From Camelus ferus (lineage: Eukaryota): a DNA stretch of 64,000 nucleotides. The stretch lies in contig NC_045697.1 of NCBI RefSeq assembly GCF_009834535.1, positions 33,110,001 through 33,174,000 on the forward strand. The letters are read 5' to 3'. The translations under genes were made by a program, and so were the position numbers. Under the pieces are notes generated by a model, which was given only the letters and a program-made list of their open reading frames with translations, was not told the DNA's origin and did not search any database. Each line of letters starts with the position of its first letter. Within the stretch, counting starts at the first letter, position 1. This document shows, one piece after another, positions 27,374-41,500 of the stretch.

Positions 27374-27522
27374 CTCCTATATCTGGGCGAAGTTTATTGT
27401 CATAGCCTTGAAGCAATGAGTTGAGAATTTGTGTTATATCTCCTTCATGAATCTTTGGTGCCAAGACCCAAGTTTTGTTGACTGTTAAATCCTCATCATC
27501 TTCATCATCTGCTTTATCAACA
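27374..27522 (-). CDS. GABRG1: GABRG1 coding exon 2 (149 nt)
   Basis: Acceptor ttctttag|TGTTGAT, donor GGAG|gtaagt. Encodes (C)[49 protein letters not shown], the core of ORF 27318..27563. Confidence 0.98.
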
Positions 27523-28744
27523 CTAAAGAATTCAAAGAAAAATTTGTTTGATAGAAAGTTCAACCAAAGAATGTATCTAAAAAATAGTTTAAGATTATTA
27601 TAATTGTATAAGGGAGTAATAAGAGGGAAAAAGTATTAGAAATATTTCAAGTTCAGTAAGATGAACACATTCATCATATGAGCTGTTATGATATAATAAT
27701 ATTCAAAAATGAAGAATTTGTTGAAAGGAAAAGTAATATAATATTAATATGATAAAATAAATGTTAGCCACCCCTACAATAGTCATTAAAGGCCAGAGAG
27801 ATTATGCACTGATAATGTTAGTGGCACTAGGTTTGAGCAGTACACAACCTGCACAACATGTGTAATGACTCTAAACCATCACACTCAAAAGTAAAAATTA
27901 AAAGATAAATAAATACAAGAAATGTTGCAATAATCAGTCTGGTAAAATGTATTTTAAAATGCATGTGTAGAAAAGAAGACTTAAGGAAAGATAAGTGAAG
28001 CAGGATTTGAAGAAAAGAGGAAGAGTTGTTGAACACATCTATGTTTCTTCCTTTTAAGTCAGAAGAACTCAGACATCTATTCCAAGAACTTTGTCAAAGA
28101 GTATCTTATTATCAAATCATGAGTGGATGGACAACTCAATCTCTGTGCTCTCAAGAGAATAATTATCACATTTTAGGACTAGAAATTAGACTCAAATAAC
28201 CCACTGCCTTTATTTTGTAAATGAGAAAACTGAAGTCAATAAGGAACTAACCAAAGCACAAACTTACTTATGTGCAAAACTAAGAATCAGATTCTGATCC
28301 TCCAGCTAACTCTTCCTGCTACACCTGTGTGTTTAACAAGCTTAACTTATGAAGTGTGGTAGAAACATGCAGTAATATAGATATTCATCTACAATTCATC
28401 AAAAGTAGCAAACTACTCCTCTCTTTACTACCCATAAGCAACCCCATCTTTATTTGAATGACATCATCCTAGACTTCACACAGCCAGCTTTACTAAATCT
28501 TAGTCCTTCAGTGGAAAAATATATATAAATTTTTGTGTTGGTAAAATCGGGTAAATCTATGTATATTATTTATTTACATATATTTCAGAGATGGGCTTCC
28601 CTCCAACAGAAGATATCCAAGTTTATCTCATTAACCTTAACTGATATTTCTACACTATTCACTCAGATCTCTTTTACTTTGGACCTAAGTGTCTTACCTA
28701 ATGCAGCCTTCCCCTCCTTTATTCTTTTAAATTCTTTTCCAGTT

Positions 28745-28862
28745 TGATTGAGATTTAATTGGCATATAACATTGTATATATGTTCAAGGTGTGCAACACA
28801 ATGATTTGATACATGTATACATAGCAAAATGATTATCACAGTAAGCTTAGTTAACGTCCACC
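28745..28862 (-). mobile_element. L1MA9/10-like 3' end
   Basis: attgagatttaattggcatataacattgtatatatgttcaaggtgtgcaacacaatgatttgatac...gattatcacagtaagcttagttaac. Confidence 0.7.
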
Positions 28863-28979
28863 TTCTTTATCCTTTTGAAGAGTATAAATTAAAATTGTAA
28901 ATTAAAGCTTAACTTTTAAAGTATTTTTACCTCATTTCGTCTTCACAATAATTGTATTGATAGTTATTATTAAAGCATA

Positions 28980-29417
28980 ATTGAGTGCATTAGTCTTCTC
29001 AGTATTTCTCCTCTTCCTCCTGTTAGAGAATTATACTTTTCACCCCATGGACTTCTCACTTGGTCATGTGACCTGAAATACTCCTTTCTGCAAGAGGATT
29101 ATACATCCCTCCTAAACTCTGGTTTGGCGTGCATTTGCTTTGGCTAATGGAATATATGTAACATGCATCACTACGAAACAGAAGATTTATTGTCAGTGAG
29201 TGAGTCACCATATCCCACTTCTCCTGCCAGAAGACCAGCCATACTCAGAGGCTACCACTCCACTACTTCACTTCCAGAGCGAAGGCAACATGAACAGAGA
29301 CACCACTGACCTACAATGGACACATAGCCTAAGCAAAAACACTCGGTGTTGTAAGCCACTGAGACTTGGGGGTAGTTTGTTACCACAGTGTGCACATTTT
29401 ATCCCTATATGAATTCC
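28980..29417 (+). mobile_element. MaLR LTR (MLT1I/J-like)
   Basis: ttggtcatgtgac...ttgctttggctaatggaat...tgttgtaagccactgagacttgggggtagtttgttaccacag. Confidence 0.75.
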
Positions 29418-30221
29418 TGGGGTACATTCAGTTAACAGATTTTTAATGAAGTACTTACTCATTTATATTAATTGTTTTACTGTATTTAACTTCAAAACGA
29501 ATATACTATTGAAATATAGTAATATAATTTCCTTCAAATAACTCCTTCTTTTCTCTCAATAAAATGTATACATAAGTACATACATACATTCATTTATAAA
29601 CTAAAGCATTTAAAGTATTGAAGTATTAAGAATCCCTGCTGGTGTGTCCTTCAGGAATATTTTACTTAATTAGAATTGCTGAGATATTGTCAACAACCAA
29701 AATTTTAGGTCATCTATTTAGCTTTAAATCCCAGTTTTATAGAATAAAACATCTGATGGATAGAGGCAGAATACTGCACATATAAGAACTTGGTTTTTCT
29801 TTGAAATATGATTGTAGTCAAATAGAAGTTCCCAGAAAAAATAAAAGCTTTTCTTATTTTTTAATGTAGCAACAACTTGGTAATCCAAAAAGCCCATGCT
29901 CATAGTGATTTACATTACCCTTTTCCCAGCTGGCTCAGAGCTAATATGAAAATTGACCTCAGTGATATTACAAAGCTTACGTTCCTCCTTCTGGGTAATA
30001 ACAGAAAGGAAATTTTATTATAGGTAACATTTCTACATTTTTCTCCACACTTTCTAAATTACCTTCAGTAGTTATCATATTGGTATTATATATCGCTTGT
30101 CATGATTTAAAAATTTAGTATGTCATATAGCGTATGATGTCTCACTGTGTTTCACAGGCTAGAAGATTTGGTAACATTTATATATGCTGAGTGAACACTC
30201 ATTTCGGGAAAAAATGTATCA

Positions 30222-30410
30222 TTTTCTTTTTCTTTTTTAATTGAAATATAGTCAGTTTACAATGTGTCAATTTCTGATGTACAGCACATTGCTTCAGTCA
30301 TACATGAATATACATATATTAATTTCCATATTCTTTTTCACCATAAGCTACTACAAGATATCAAATATGGTTCCCTGTGCTATACAGTATAAACTTGTGT
30401 ATCTATCATA
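30222..30410 (-). mobile_element. Short young L1 3' end (artiodactyl/camelid-type)
   Basis: T-tail then aattgaaatatagtcagtttacaatgtgtcaatttctgatgtacagca...gttccctgtgctatacagta. Confidence 0.8.
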
Positions 30411-30569
30411 TATACCATATTTTCTTAGATAATGCTCTGGAAATTTCTGGACTCATTCTCAAGCACTTCTTTCAAATAATCTGAATAAGTATAATTTTAT
30501 CATTACTGGAAATACATAGACTCCTCAGTGTATAATTTCACTAATTGTTTATTTTACTGATGTATGCTT

Positions 30570-30820
30570 TTTATTGTTGTTATCAGCTGTTGAGTGCCTA
30601 GAATGCACCATTAAGTTCCTGCCATGTTTCAGGAACGGTGTGACAGCTTTTTTCTGTATTGTCATGTCATTTGATCCACAGTAATCTGATGAAATAAATA
30701 TGACTATTCCTATCTTACAGAAGAGAAAAAATAGATTTATAGGGTCTCTAGGATCCACACTATTAAGTAATAGAGCCAGGATTTAAAATAAGGTTGACTT
30801 AGTTTAGAGACTCATTTTCT
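30570..30820 (-). mobile_element. MIR SINE
   Basis: gttgagtgcct...tcatttgatccacagtaatctgatgaaataaatatgactattcctatcttacagaagagaaaa...agagccaggatttaaa. Confidence 0.65.
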
Positions 30821-31729
30821 TTTTTTTGAGGTTTCCATAGTATCATTTTATCTTTATTAAACAATCCAGAGTGGTTGGATTTTGAGTTTTCTAATTTATA
30901 AGAATACAGCAACACTTCTGATAAGTAAGTAGTAGGGGCATAGGTTGGAAGCTTAGTCTCTGCTTTTGAGTTTTAAGTTAGAACAATAATCTTAAGGAAT
31001 CACACACACGCTCTCTCTGATGAAAAAGATTTTCTAATGTCTGTGCTCAAACTTCAGTCCAATGCTTTAATTCATTTATAGAAGAAATACCGTGTACGAC
31101 AAATGTGCTAATTGCTGAAAACAAAGAGACAAAGAAAATTGCATTCCTGATCTGGATGATTTTATTTTCTAATAAAAGAGAAAACTATTCGTGTGATACA
31201 GAAAACCATCATGTGCAAAGATGCTTATCACAGTGTTATCTATAATAGCACAAATTTTAAACAATAAGAGTATTTTAAGCAAATTGTGCTGCATCCATAT
31301 GACATAATGGATGCATCCATCCAGTTGGTGATTGTGAAGAGTCTATAAAATATGAAATTATTTTCATAATGTAATGTTATATAAAAAAACCACACATAAC
31401 AATTGGCTTTTATAAAAACCTAGGTATAAAACGACTAAAGATTTAACAGGAAAGCAGCATAATGAATATAATAAGTATTCTATGCTAGTAGAGCTATAAA
31501 AAGTTTAATTTTTTTCTGTATATTAATTGTATACTATAACTTCTGCATAATTTTGTAATGTAAGTACATGAAAAGGAGTTAATCTGACAATAATTTCTAT
31601 CTAGAAATGAACTACTTCTTCCTACACACCAGATAGTGCCCTGAAATAAATTTCTAATTATACAAAATAAGTAATTCAGTAGAGCCTTTTATAGAGAAAG
31701 GCAGGGCTTTCTACTCTGCCAAGAAAACA

Positions 31730-32183
31730 AAAGTGGCAGCCCTAAAAAGTTGCCACTCTGTTCTCCCAGGGAGGGAACGTGGTTGACTGACAGCCCAGCT
31801 GCTGGCCCTCGGGACCAGCCCTGTGTCTGCACCAGATCCAAGCTCCCCCAGGCTGCTTTCAGGCAGTAACTGAATATTGTTGCAATGCTAGTGCTGATCC
31901 ACTCCTGCAGGGCTAGGGCCTCCTCTAAAGGTCAGCTTGTGTTGGATGACTCCCACTTGCCTGGCCAAAATCTGTTTTGAACTCTATAGCCTGAGACTCT
32001 TTTGACCCAAATTTCTTCTTTCCCCTGTACTTTCACAGGGGGTCAGACCTCCATCATTATCTGAAGGCTCTCTCTGTTTGCTTCCATCTCCACTCCTGTC
32101 CCTTGCACAGGCATTTTTCTCAAATATCTCTTAAATGTCTAATCCCATCTTGGCATCCGCCTCTCTGAGGCCTTTGCTCTCAC
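31730..32183 (+). mobile_element. LTR16-like ERVL solo LTR
   Basis: GC-richer island: gttgactgacagcccagctgc...cacagggggtcagacc...tctgaaggctctc...tctaatcccatcttggcatccgcctctctgagg...tcaca. Confidence 0.75.
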
Positions 32184-32515
32184 AGTCTTTAATTGACACT
32201 TGCAAATTTTTACTAAAGAAGGTTTTCGAGTCATCCATGTCAGTGTTGGTTTTTTGCCTTACTAAGCTATTTATACTTTTACAAATCTATCTGATTACAT
32301 AATAAATTATTATAAGCAAAAAAGTACTTTAATGAGTGTATTGCTCTTCTTAATATAGTAAGCAAAAGTTTTAAACTGATGATAACTAAGAGACAGGTCA
32401 AGTAAAGACAAGGCATGCTAAGTCATAGAATTATGGAAAAGAATTCATCTTTACAGCTAGAAAAAAATAATCTATGTCTATATCAAGTCAGTCAATATAA
32501 ACTATTTTTCGTATG

Positions 32516-32643
32516 TAAGGTAAACATTCATCCAGATTGTCCCAGAACGATCTTGATTTATGCCTGTTGTCTTGGAATAACTCACCCCCTCTTTCACTCA
32601 CAAATAACTTAATTTGGGTGATAAATTGTATAGCTGTACCCTG
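32516..32643. mobile_element. MER94-like hAT element
   Basis: taaggtaaac...ttgtcccagaacgatcttgatttatgcctgttgtc...ccccctctttcactcacaaa...gataaattgtatagctgtaccctg. Confidence 0.6.
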
Positions 32644-33539
32644 TATATAGTTCATTTAAAGTATCATATAAAGACTGCAAATGTTAATGTCCAGGTTTTG
32701 ACCCTTGGGGAAGATGCCCACTAAACTGTTAGGACAGTGCAGATGGAACTTCAAAGCCAGGCCTCAACAATGATCTGTTGCTCATGACAAATCAGTGTTT
32801 ATAAGTAAAACATCAGATACATTTCTATAAGTTAAGTGACAAATTTCAGGAAAGAAACATATCTGTTCTAATGTTTCTGAGTAGACTTAATGTCAATGAC
32901 TGTAGGAGCTAACTTTTTAAAAATATGTGTTGGCACTGATTTTAGAGCTGGAAGTCAAAGAAAATAGAAGTAAAATTAAAAAAAAAATTAAAGTCTTATT
33001 TTCTTTTGGCCATTATAGTCTAGCTGCTTAATTCTTTTGTACAAAGCTCTTTTTAGGGTTGTAGCACTGAATTAGTTTTATTGCACATAAAAGTTAGTAG
33101 AGAAGCAAAATAAGTAGAAGAGTAATAAATAACAAAGTTATAGATTTGAACTTCTAGAGCTTTAGAGAGGTGAAATGATAGTCAACTCAACTCTGTGATT
33201 CTCTTATTAGCACAAAGGAATGGGGGACCCATCTCTTAACACACATGGAGAAGAATGCTTTGGACATTTGAGGAGGGGGAAGGGAAGCAGGCCTAGAATA
33301 CTATGTATGTTTTACTATATGCTTGAATCTGTCCAGTGTTTAACTCTACTATAAAGTTAATCACATTTCATCTTAATCACTACCTTATTTTTCACAACCC
33401 TCTATTTGCTCATAGAAAGCAGGGGTTAAGGTTTTCAATGTGATACAATTGGCACCTAGCCTGACACATAGTGTGTATCCAATTTAAAAATTTACTAAAT
33501 AAATGAATAAATGGAAAGAATATTAGAACTCATCCTGCT

Positions 33540-35100
33540 GTTTATAGGTAAAATTATAGTGAATCAAGAAAATAAACAACTAAAAATGTTGGACTTAATC
33601 AGAGAATTGATTAGTGTAGTTAAACTAATATAAAATTAATTTTACAAAACACAGTAGCTTTCTGATCCTAGTACTAATCCATCATGAAAAAAACGATTTA
33701 ATTCACAATGACAACACAATCTATAAAATAATTAAGAAAAATATATAACAGGGAAGGTATAAGGTTTATGTGAAGAAACAAAAAAAACTAATTGGAGAAC
33801 ATAAGAACAAAAAAAAATAAAGCCAAAGTAAACATTCTTGCTATAAAATAATATTATTAATATATAATTCTCAAATTAGTTTATAAATTTAATAAAGTTT
33901 CAATCAACATCCATAGTTCCTATGTAACAGGTTAAAATCATTATACTGTAATTAAGTGGAAGAATCAATGTGAGGGTGTACAAGAAATTATTGGTAAATA
34001 GAATTGTTAGATGAAATTTGCCCTGCCAGAATAAAAGAAAACAAAATAAAGTTACTATAATGAAAATCATATTGTGGTAATACATAAAGAAATCAATGAG
34101 AACAAAATCAAACATTCAAATTCAGATCCCAAGAGTACAAAAATTTAATGTATAATAAACGTGACTAGTCAGTTTAGAAATGAAAGGATGAATTATTCAG
34201 TAAATTGGATTGAAATACTTATTTAGCCATTTACAAAAAATATATTAGACTCCTACTTACATAATAAATTACAGATATATTAAAGATCAAAATATATTAA
34301 ATAAAATATATGACTATTAAATAAGATACTGAATTTTTTTAACTTTTGGAGTGAGGAGGCTTTTTCTAAGCAACATGTAACCAAATCAGGAAAAGAAAAA
34401 AAATAAAAATCTGACCAAAAAAAATAAATAGATGATGTAAAACAATTTAGACAAAGAATAGAGACAAAGGATAAACTGAGACAAAGATATTTACAACATA
34501 ATTGGTATACATGAATTCAGAGGAGGACAAAAGCTAATAAATACATAAAATTATGCCAACATTTACTGGTAGCAAGGGAAAATAGATTTAAAATCTGACA
34601 AATTTTAGCCATCATAATGACAAAATATTAAAAGATTCATTACATTCTGTACTGGTGTTGATATAGATAAATTGCATTTTTATAACCATTAGTAGAATAA
34701 ATTCCTCTCTAGCAAGTAATTTGGCAACACTGATGAAATATTGAAATTAAAAGCATGTACATATGTATATAGGTACATAGTAACAATGTTCATAATAAAA
34801 TGAAAGAGACTGTTATGGAATAATTTAATAAATTATGATACTTCCACAATATAGAATACCACTTCAACATTAAAAATGAGGTACAACTAAGTGTACTAAT
34901 CTAGAAAAATATCTTTGATATTGGTTGTATGACAAAAACAAGTATTAGATTTCATTTGTATAAAATATATACACACAAATGTGTATATATATTATCTGAA
35001 CTTCTGGAAAAATTTGGAAGTATAGGCTTCAAATTGCTTAGTAATTTTGACAATAAGTATTATTCCATTATTATTAACAGTATATGCTAAAAAACATGAC
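33540..35100 (+). mobile_element. Highly decayed ancient L1 (L1ME-like) ORF2/3' end
   Basis: A-rich with L1-like phrases (aaaggatgaattattcagtaaat, agatatttacaacata, agtaatttggcaacac, aataaattatgatac...caatatagaatac). Confidence 0.6.
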
Positions 35101-37329
35101 ATTAGGGGAAAAAAGTTTTGGTTTTTCCTATATATTTTAACCATATATGTATATACATATATATATCACTTAGAGATTATTTAAATTATTTAGTTAAAAA
35201 AACAAATGAAAATAAGGTCTAAAGTATTTATGGTAAAAAGCTTTAAATTTAAAGACATTTTATGTCCACAGAATAGAACAGAAATTGGACTGTATATTAA
35301 TGGTTCCACAATTTGAGATGTGAAATATTAATCTAGGAGAAAAAATAAAATGTGACATTTTCATCCACTGTGAATTTTCTGTAGTTTCCTTGGTAAGGTA
35401 GAATACATAGCATCCTTCAAATTATATCAGTGTTAGGAAATTAGCAACAATAGACATTGATTTGGGCACAGAGTACTACACTGTTAGATTCAGAAAGGGG
35501 TCTGGACAATTCCTAAATCTATTAGAACACAGTTTGATCTGGTTAGACTATATATAAGAATGTACAATTGTAACAGCTAATGAGAAAAGGTATAGATAGA
35601 TACCAAATAAATTTTTAAAATGTCAGTTAGTATAGTGGCATATTTTTAGAAAGAGAACAAAATTGGAAAAATTATAAAATAAAGCAGAGATTATTTTTTC
35701 TTAACACCTCTGCTTATAATTATGAAATTTATATAGTTTAGTGATTTATCATTAAAATAAAAACAAATATTAATGATAAAACAATATATTCTGACAAATT
35801 TGGGATTTTTTTATTTGCTTTTTGGCTGGCCAACTCTGTTTTGTTAAAACGGAGTTTAGAAAATTGGGAACCATGCCTCCAAAGAATAGTATTCAGGGGG
35901 ATGGAGAATACCCAGAAATTATAAATATTCTTTGGGGACTGCTTCCATGTGAATATTTTTTGGAGGAAGGAAAGAAACAGACTTTTCATTACAGTCTATT
36001 AAAAAAATTACCATTGGATTGAAAGTATATTAAAACCAACACCACTTTATATCCATAGAGCTTAACTGACATAAATTAAACTTATGAACAACATAAATCT
36101 TCATGACATTGACATTCTCTAAGCCTTTGATGTTCTTATGCATCAGATAAATTCTGTAAGGCTGCTAAAATTTTTGCAAAGTGGAAGCATAATATTTAGG
36201 CTTATTAAATTATAAAACATAGTAAAGGATCTTAAAATTAAATAGAAGGAAGAAATGGGAATTTACTCTTCTGAATGCAGAAAGATATACCTTTCTCCTA
36301 AGTCTTGGCATCATAAAAGGAGAGATGAAATATTTTCATTGGCATAAGTATTCTCTCAGACCTTCCCCTTCAGAAAAGAGAGACTACAAATGAGTAGAAC
36401 TGAAACAACAAAACGCTCTTTCTAGTCAACTCCAGTTATGACAATATGAAGGTTTTTCAAAAAGAATTGTTACCAAAGAAGTGACAGAAACAAATATACA
36501 CTCATAAGCCACTTGCACGGAGTAACAAGTTAGTTTGTAAAACACAAATGTCTGAGTAACACTTAAGTGTAATCCAACCAATAGGGCTGCTTTGTTCTAG
36601 TCATATAGCTATTTAGTTGAAAAGGTAATCCTTACCCCAAACACTCTTCTTCATGAGTTGGAAAATTATTCTGATAGCTCTACACATCTAGGATGACTGA
36701 TAGGTAAACGATGTCCCTACATTGAAGCAGTTCAAAGATTCTGCAACCACAAGTCATAGTCCTGGAAATCTACCCAAAGATTAACTTGCTTTCTAGAGCA
36801 CTTGATTCTAGCGGACTTACAGCTGCGTGGAGAACCAAATCATACGCTAATCATACCAATATTAAGACATTAACTTAAACCCACTATGTTCTCATCGTGG
36901 ACTTTCTGATATGCCTATCCAACTACAGGTTGGAGTGCAGGGTCTATGTTAACTCTCCTTCTATATCCCTCCTAGCACCGTCTCTACTATTGTTACTTGG
37001 TACTAGTTGGTACTCAGTGTGTTTGTCTAAAAATAAAGAGAAATGTTAAATCTCCAGATGAATTGTATTTGGAAGGGAAGGATTCCTACAGTTCAGAAGT
37101 TCACTATTAAACTATATTATATAGGTTTTAATAGAATGCTGTTATTTTAATCCACATATTAGATGACCAAAGTAAAAGGTACCTTAGGAATATAGTTTTC
37201 AAAAGGCCTGCCACAGTATGAGACCATACCTCTGGCCACAGAATAGTAATGTTATATCTCTATGTATATTTTTCACCACCACTTAACCTGAACTTTTGCC
37301 CATCACAGGTGAGAACATTCAGTCTTTTC

Positions 37330-37532
37330 CCAGAGTTGTGATTGAAGACGGCCTTCTTGATGTCCCCACTATAGCTCATCTAGAATTCTGAGTAGCAGTT
37401 ATGGCATTTTATTGTCTGTACTTGTTTATATCAATAGACCATCCCAACATTAACTACTAAGTTCAGTGGGGGCAGGAACTCTGCCTTCTTTGTCCAGCAT
37501 GCATACTACCATTCATATGTATATGTTGTATA

Positions 37533-37575
<43 letters not shown>

Positions 37576-37609
37576 TATCATATATATGTGTGTGTATATA
37601 TATACTATC

Positions 37610-37647
<38 letters not shown>

Positions 37648-37800
37648 TATATACATTATGAAAACACTATTAGGGCAAAGATTATGTCTTGCTTGCCACT
37701 TTATCTCCAGTTCCCAGACCTGTGTTTAGCACATAGTAGTCACTGAGTATAACAGTTGTTGAATGAATGCTAATGCTCAATAAATGTTTACTAAATGATT
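37330..37800 (+). mobile_element. L2 3' end interrupted by a microsatellite
   Basis: actaagttcagtgggggcaggaactctgcc...tttagcacatagtagtcactgag...gttgaatgaatg. Confidence 0.6.
37515..37645. repeat. Compound (TG)/(TA) microsatellite
   Basis: Alternating (TG)n and (TA)n blocks including (TA)14 at 37543-37570, with the spacer actatcatat repeated twice. Confidence 0.95.
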
Positions 37801-38429
37801 TAATAGCTAGGGTTATTTCCTGATACATGAGACTTCAGTTGGTTAAACTATTTTAGTACAGACAGAATTAGATTCTGAGATATTTAAAAATAGAAAAAAA
37901 TATAAATTTCATCTGCCTCCCAAAGAATACAAGATCTCTAACAAGCTTCTGCTTGAAGTCTAAGATATCCATTATTTTGTTAGAGGGCTTTTGTATTGAT
38001 GAAAATCTGCCTTGCTGTAGCTTTCCCTACTTGGTTATGATTTGTCTGTTACATCTATACATAATAAATTCAATTATGATTTCATATAGCATCTTTAAAA
38101 AATATCTGATTCTTCAACAAAATTTATCTAAATTCTGAATTCTTGCTTTTAACTCTTTATCCCTTGGTGTTTTTTCTAGAACAAGTACTCCAGTTTGTTG
38201 ATATTTCCCCTAAAATGATTAATACAACATTGTGTATAATATTCCAGATTATATGATAGAAACACAGTGGATTGTATACTTACTGTGCTTCTGTCAATTG
38301 CATTAACCTTTCCTTTCTTTCCTTTCCTTTCTTTTCCTTTTCCCTTCTTTCCCTCCTTCACTTACTTTTTCTGCCCCTTCATCCACAGTTATGATGAATG
38401 TTTTGATTTACATGGCATTTGTAATTTTA

Positions 38430-38580
38430 GAGAAAAGGTGATTAAGATGCAGGAGCTGGGCAAAGAGCACTTGATTCTGAGTTTTGGATTCAGCATTAAC
38501 AGCAAGATGATCTTTAGTGAGTCCCCAAAAATGGCTGTGCCCTGGTTTTTTCCATCTGTAAAATGGGGAGAATAGCAGTA
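38430..38580 (+). mobile_element. MIR SINE
   Basis: ...ctgtgccctggttttttccatctgtaaaatggggagaatagcagta matches the MIR core. Confidence 0.65.
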
Positions 38581-41500
38581 TCTGGGCTTTATTTCCGTTT
38601 CATGCTTGATTGGTGGTTTGGCTAAGTATAACCTTCTCAGTTGGACATTTGTCTTTAGAATTTTAGAGACATTTATTTCCCTCATGGTTTTTTGGTGTTG
38701 CTGATGAGTAATTTCATAGCTTTCTAAATCTCCTTCCTTGATTGTAATCTTTTCTATCAGTACCCTCTAACCTTAAAAATGTAGATGCCTTTGTTCATCT
38801 TTGGGGTTCTGAAGGTATATTTCCCTTTTTTGACTAGAAGATGTTTTCCTTTGATTAATACCATAAATCTAGGTCTTAGCAGTGAGTAGAATGGCCATAT
38901 GCATATAGAGTACTAGACACAAGTACTATCCACATGGTTAGTATTTAAGACTAGTTTATTCACCACTGTAAACCCAGCAAATTGCACTGTGTAGAGCACA
39001 TAGCAGGCATTCAATAATACTTGTTGAATGAAAGACTGAATGATCTCTTCCATAAACCAAAACATATTTAATAATGCACAAAGGATTCAAAGCATTTACT
39101 TGACTTAAACAACTTAAACTAGAATAAATAATACTAGGATTACTGTGATTCCAAGAATATCTATTTTTATGTCATTTAAATTAAAATTTTAAATGCCATA
39201 TACTTTGCACAAATTTTCTCTTTTGGTCTTGAAACAGCTGAAAAAGTAGATGTAATTTCTACCATTCACAAATGAGGATTCTCTTCCTCACAGATTTGCC
39301 TGAAATCACCCTAGAGGGAAGTGATGGAGCAGAAACTAAAATTTACACCTAATGTTCAAGTCCAGGATTGGTAGCATGTATATATGTGAATTATTCTCCT
39401 AAGGCCCATACATTCAATTTATGCTCACTCCTCCTCCTTCCCCCATGGCAGTAATTCATCATATTTTGATACTATCTCAAGAGACACTTTTTCAGTTTTC
39501 CACCCTGTCTTGTCTCCTTTCCTTTCAAACCCCCTTCGTTATTATTTTCTTAGACAAATTTTAATCACCTTTGTATAAATATAAAATATTAGATTTGTCT
39601 GTTTTATTTTTAAATGAAAAATCAAAACATTTCCTTTGGTTGCTTAACCAAAAGTGTGTCCCACAGTATATATAACAGGATAAAATGTTAGAAGAGCATA
39701 CCTAGTGGACTCAATCCACAGGGGATTTATTAATTGTAGAATTTTACATTTTAGCTTCAAAATCATTTTGTCTCTCAGTTCTTCTTTGAATATTTAATAT
39801 CATAGAGCATCACTAGTCATTTTGTCCTCAAGTTTGCTTCCATATCTTATTAGAAAATGAGGCCAAAAATCCAAATGCTTAAAGAAAAATCATGCACTAC
39901 CAGCCACAAAATATATAACTGAAATTTTTTGAAAATAATATATTTTATAAAGCAATTAGATTTGAAAATTGTCATTTGGGCAGTTGATTGCTAAATTGTA
40001 TGATTGTTGACTCATGAAATTGTTTTAAAAAACAGAAATGAGTTATTTTCCTTGAGCTATCTCAAAATATAACTTCTTAGTCAAAGCGTATCATAAATTA
40101 CATTTTAGAAGAGCTAAAATCTCAAAGCACTTTTTCAATTCTTTTCAAAAGTCTGATTATAATTATATTTTTCAACATTACAAATAAGTCAAATCAAACT
40201 TAAGAGATTTTAAACACTTGCCAAGATGCCATACAGCCTCACAGAGAATGAAACGTAGGAACCATGACTACAGCTTTTAGTTACAACAGGATTGGTTTTC
40301 ATAGCTCAGCAATATAAAAATCAATAAAGTGTCCCTCCTTTATGCTCCTGATGAAAACTAATGAGGAAATAAGCTACTGTCTCTGATTAGATACAAGAAA
40401 TACTAGCTTCCAATCTGGTAAATCCCAAAATGGGTGACTTTGAAGATTTAATTTAGACTCCAGCAGAAGATATCAATAGTCTTATGTAAACAGAACCATC
40501 TGTGGTTAGTTTTAGAAAGGTTCCCTCAAAAGGAGAAAGGAAGAAGAAAATACGAATGTAAATGCTTATGCATGTTAACATCCGTTATCTTCAACTAAAT
40601 ATTAAAAGGATGAAAAGTTCACCACAACTGTAGCTAGCTACTTTGAAAAGTGAAGACATACACTGTCATAACTGAGGCCCTAAGAGCTAATTTACAACAG
40701 CAACATATAGCTTTATTTTTAATATGTATTTAATCACTGGCCAGAATAATCCAGATTCTCTATAGTACTATGATAAAATGATTTATTTTAACTGTATAAC
40801 ACATCTCTCCCTCTCACTCACTCATATATATGGCAAGAAAATAGTACAGAGCATTCCCGATTAGAATTTCCCTCTTGAAAACTACTAAGAAAAGCCAGTG
40901 ATGCCAGCACTGAGTTATTTTCTGTTTCAGTTCAAATCTTAGACATACTGAACATGAAAACTTGAAGAAATCATAAACACTGTGCTACTACCCTCCAATT
41001 CCTAGAAGAAGGAACTGTGCTCAGAGAGGTTAAGGGCTCTTGACACATAGAATCACGTCTCCAGTCTGCCAGAGCCCACCTCTGTCCACGGCACCACACC
41101 ACTCTAATTCTGAGCAGCTTGAAGACAGTTCTGAAACTAGTTACGATGCTCATAATGTAAATCTCCTCAGGAACAAAATGTATTATTTAAACCCAAACAT
41201 CTTTTTTAGATAGACAGTGTGCCCTTTAGTAAGCAGCTTATCTATGAGGTTGCCAGAGAAACTTGCACTTACAAAGATAAAGGAGCATACTGGTTGATAT
41301 TTCGAAACACCACTAAGTAAGTCTGTTTTTACTTTTGAGAACACAGATTCATTTGTGATATTATCAAGATACATGAGAGCACTGAAACATGGTCTACTGA
41401 AATATCTTCCATAATTGTATAATATATTCAAAGAAATAGACCATTATGACACAAGTTATACATAAGAAATAATTAATCAAGTAGTATTTTTGTGCCCATG

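Noticed and set aside
27318..27563. 81-aa ORF taken as a standalone gene
   Set aside because: It is exon 2 plus intronic read-through; canonical splice sites bound the homologous part.
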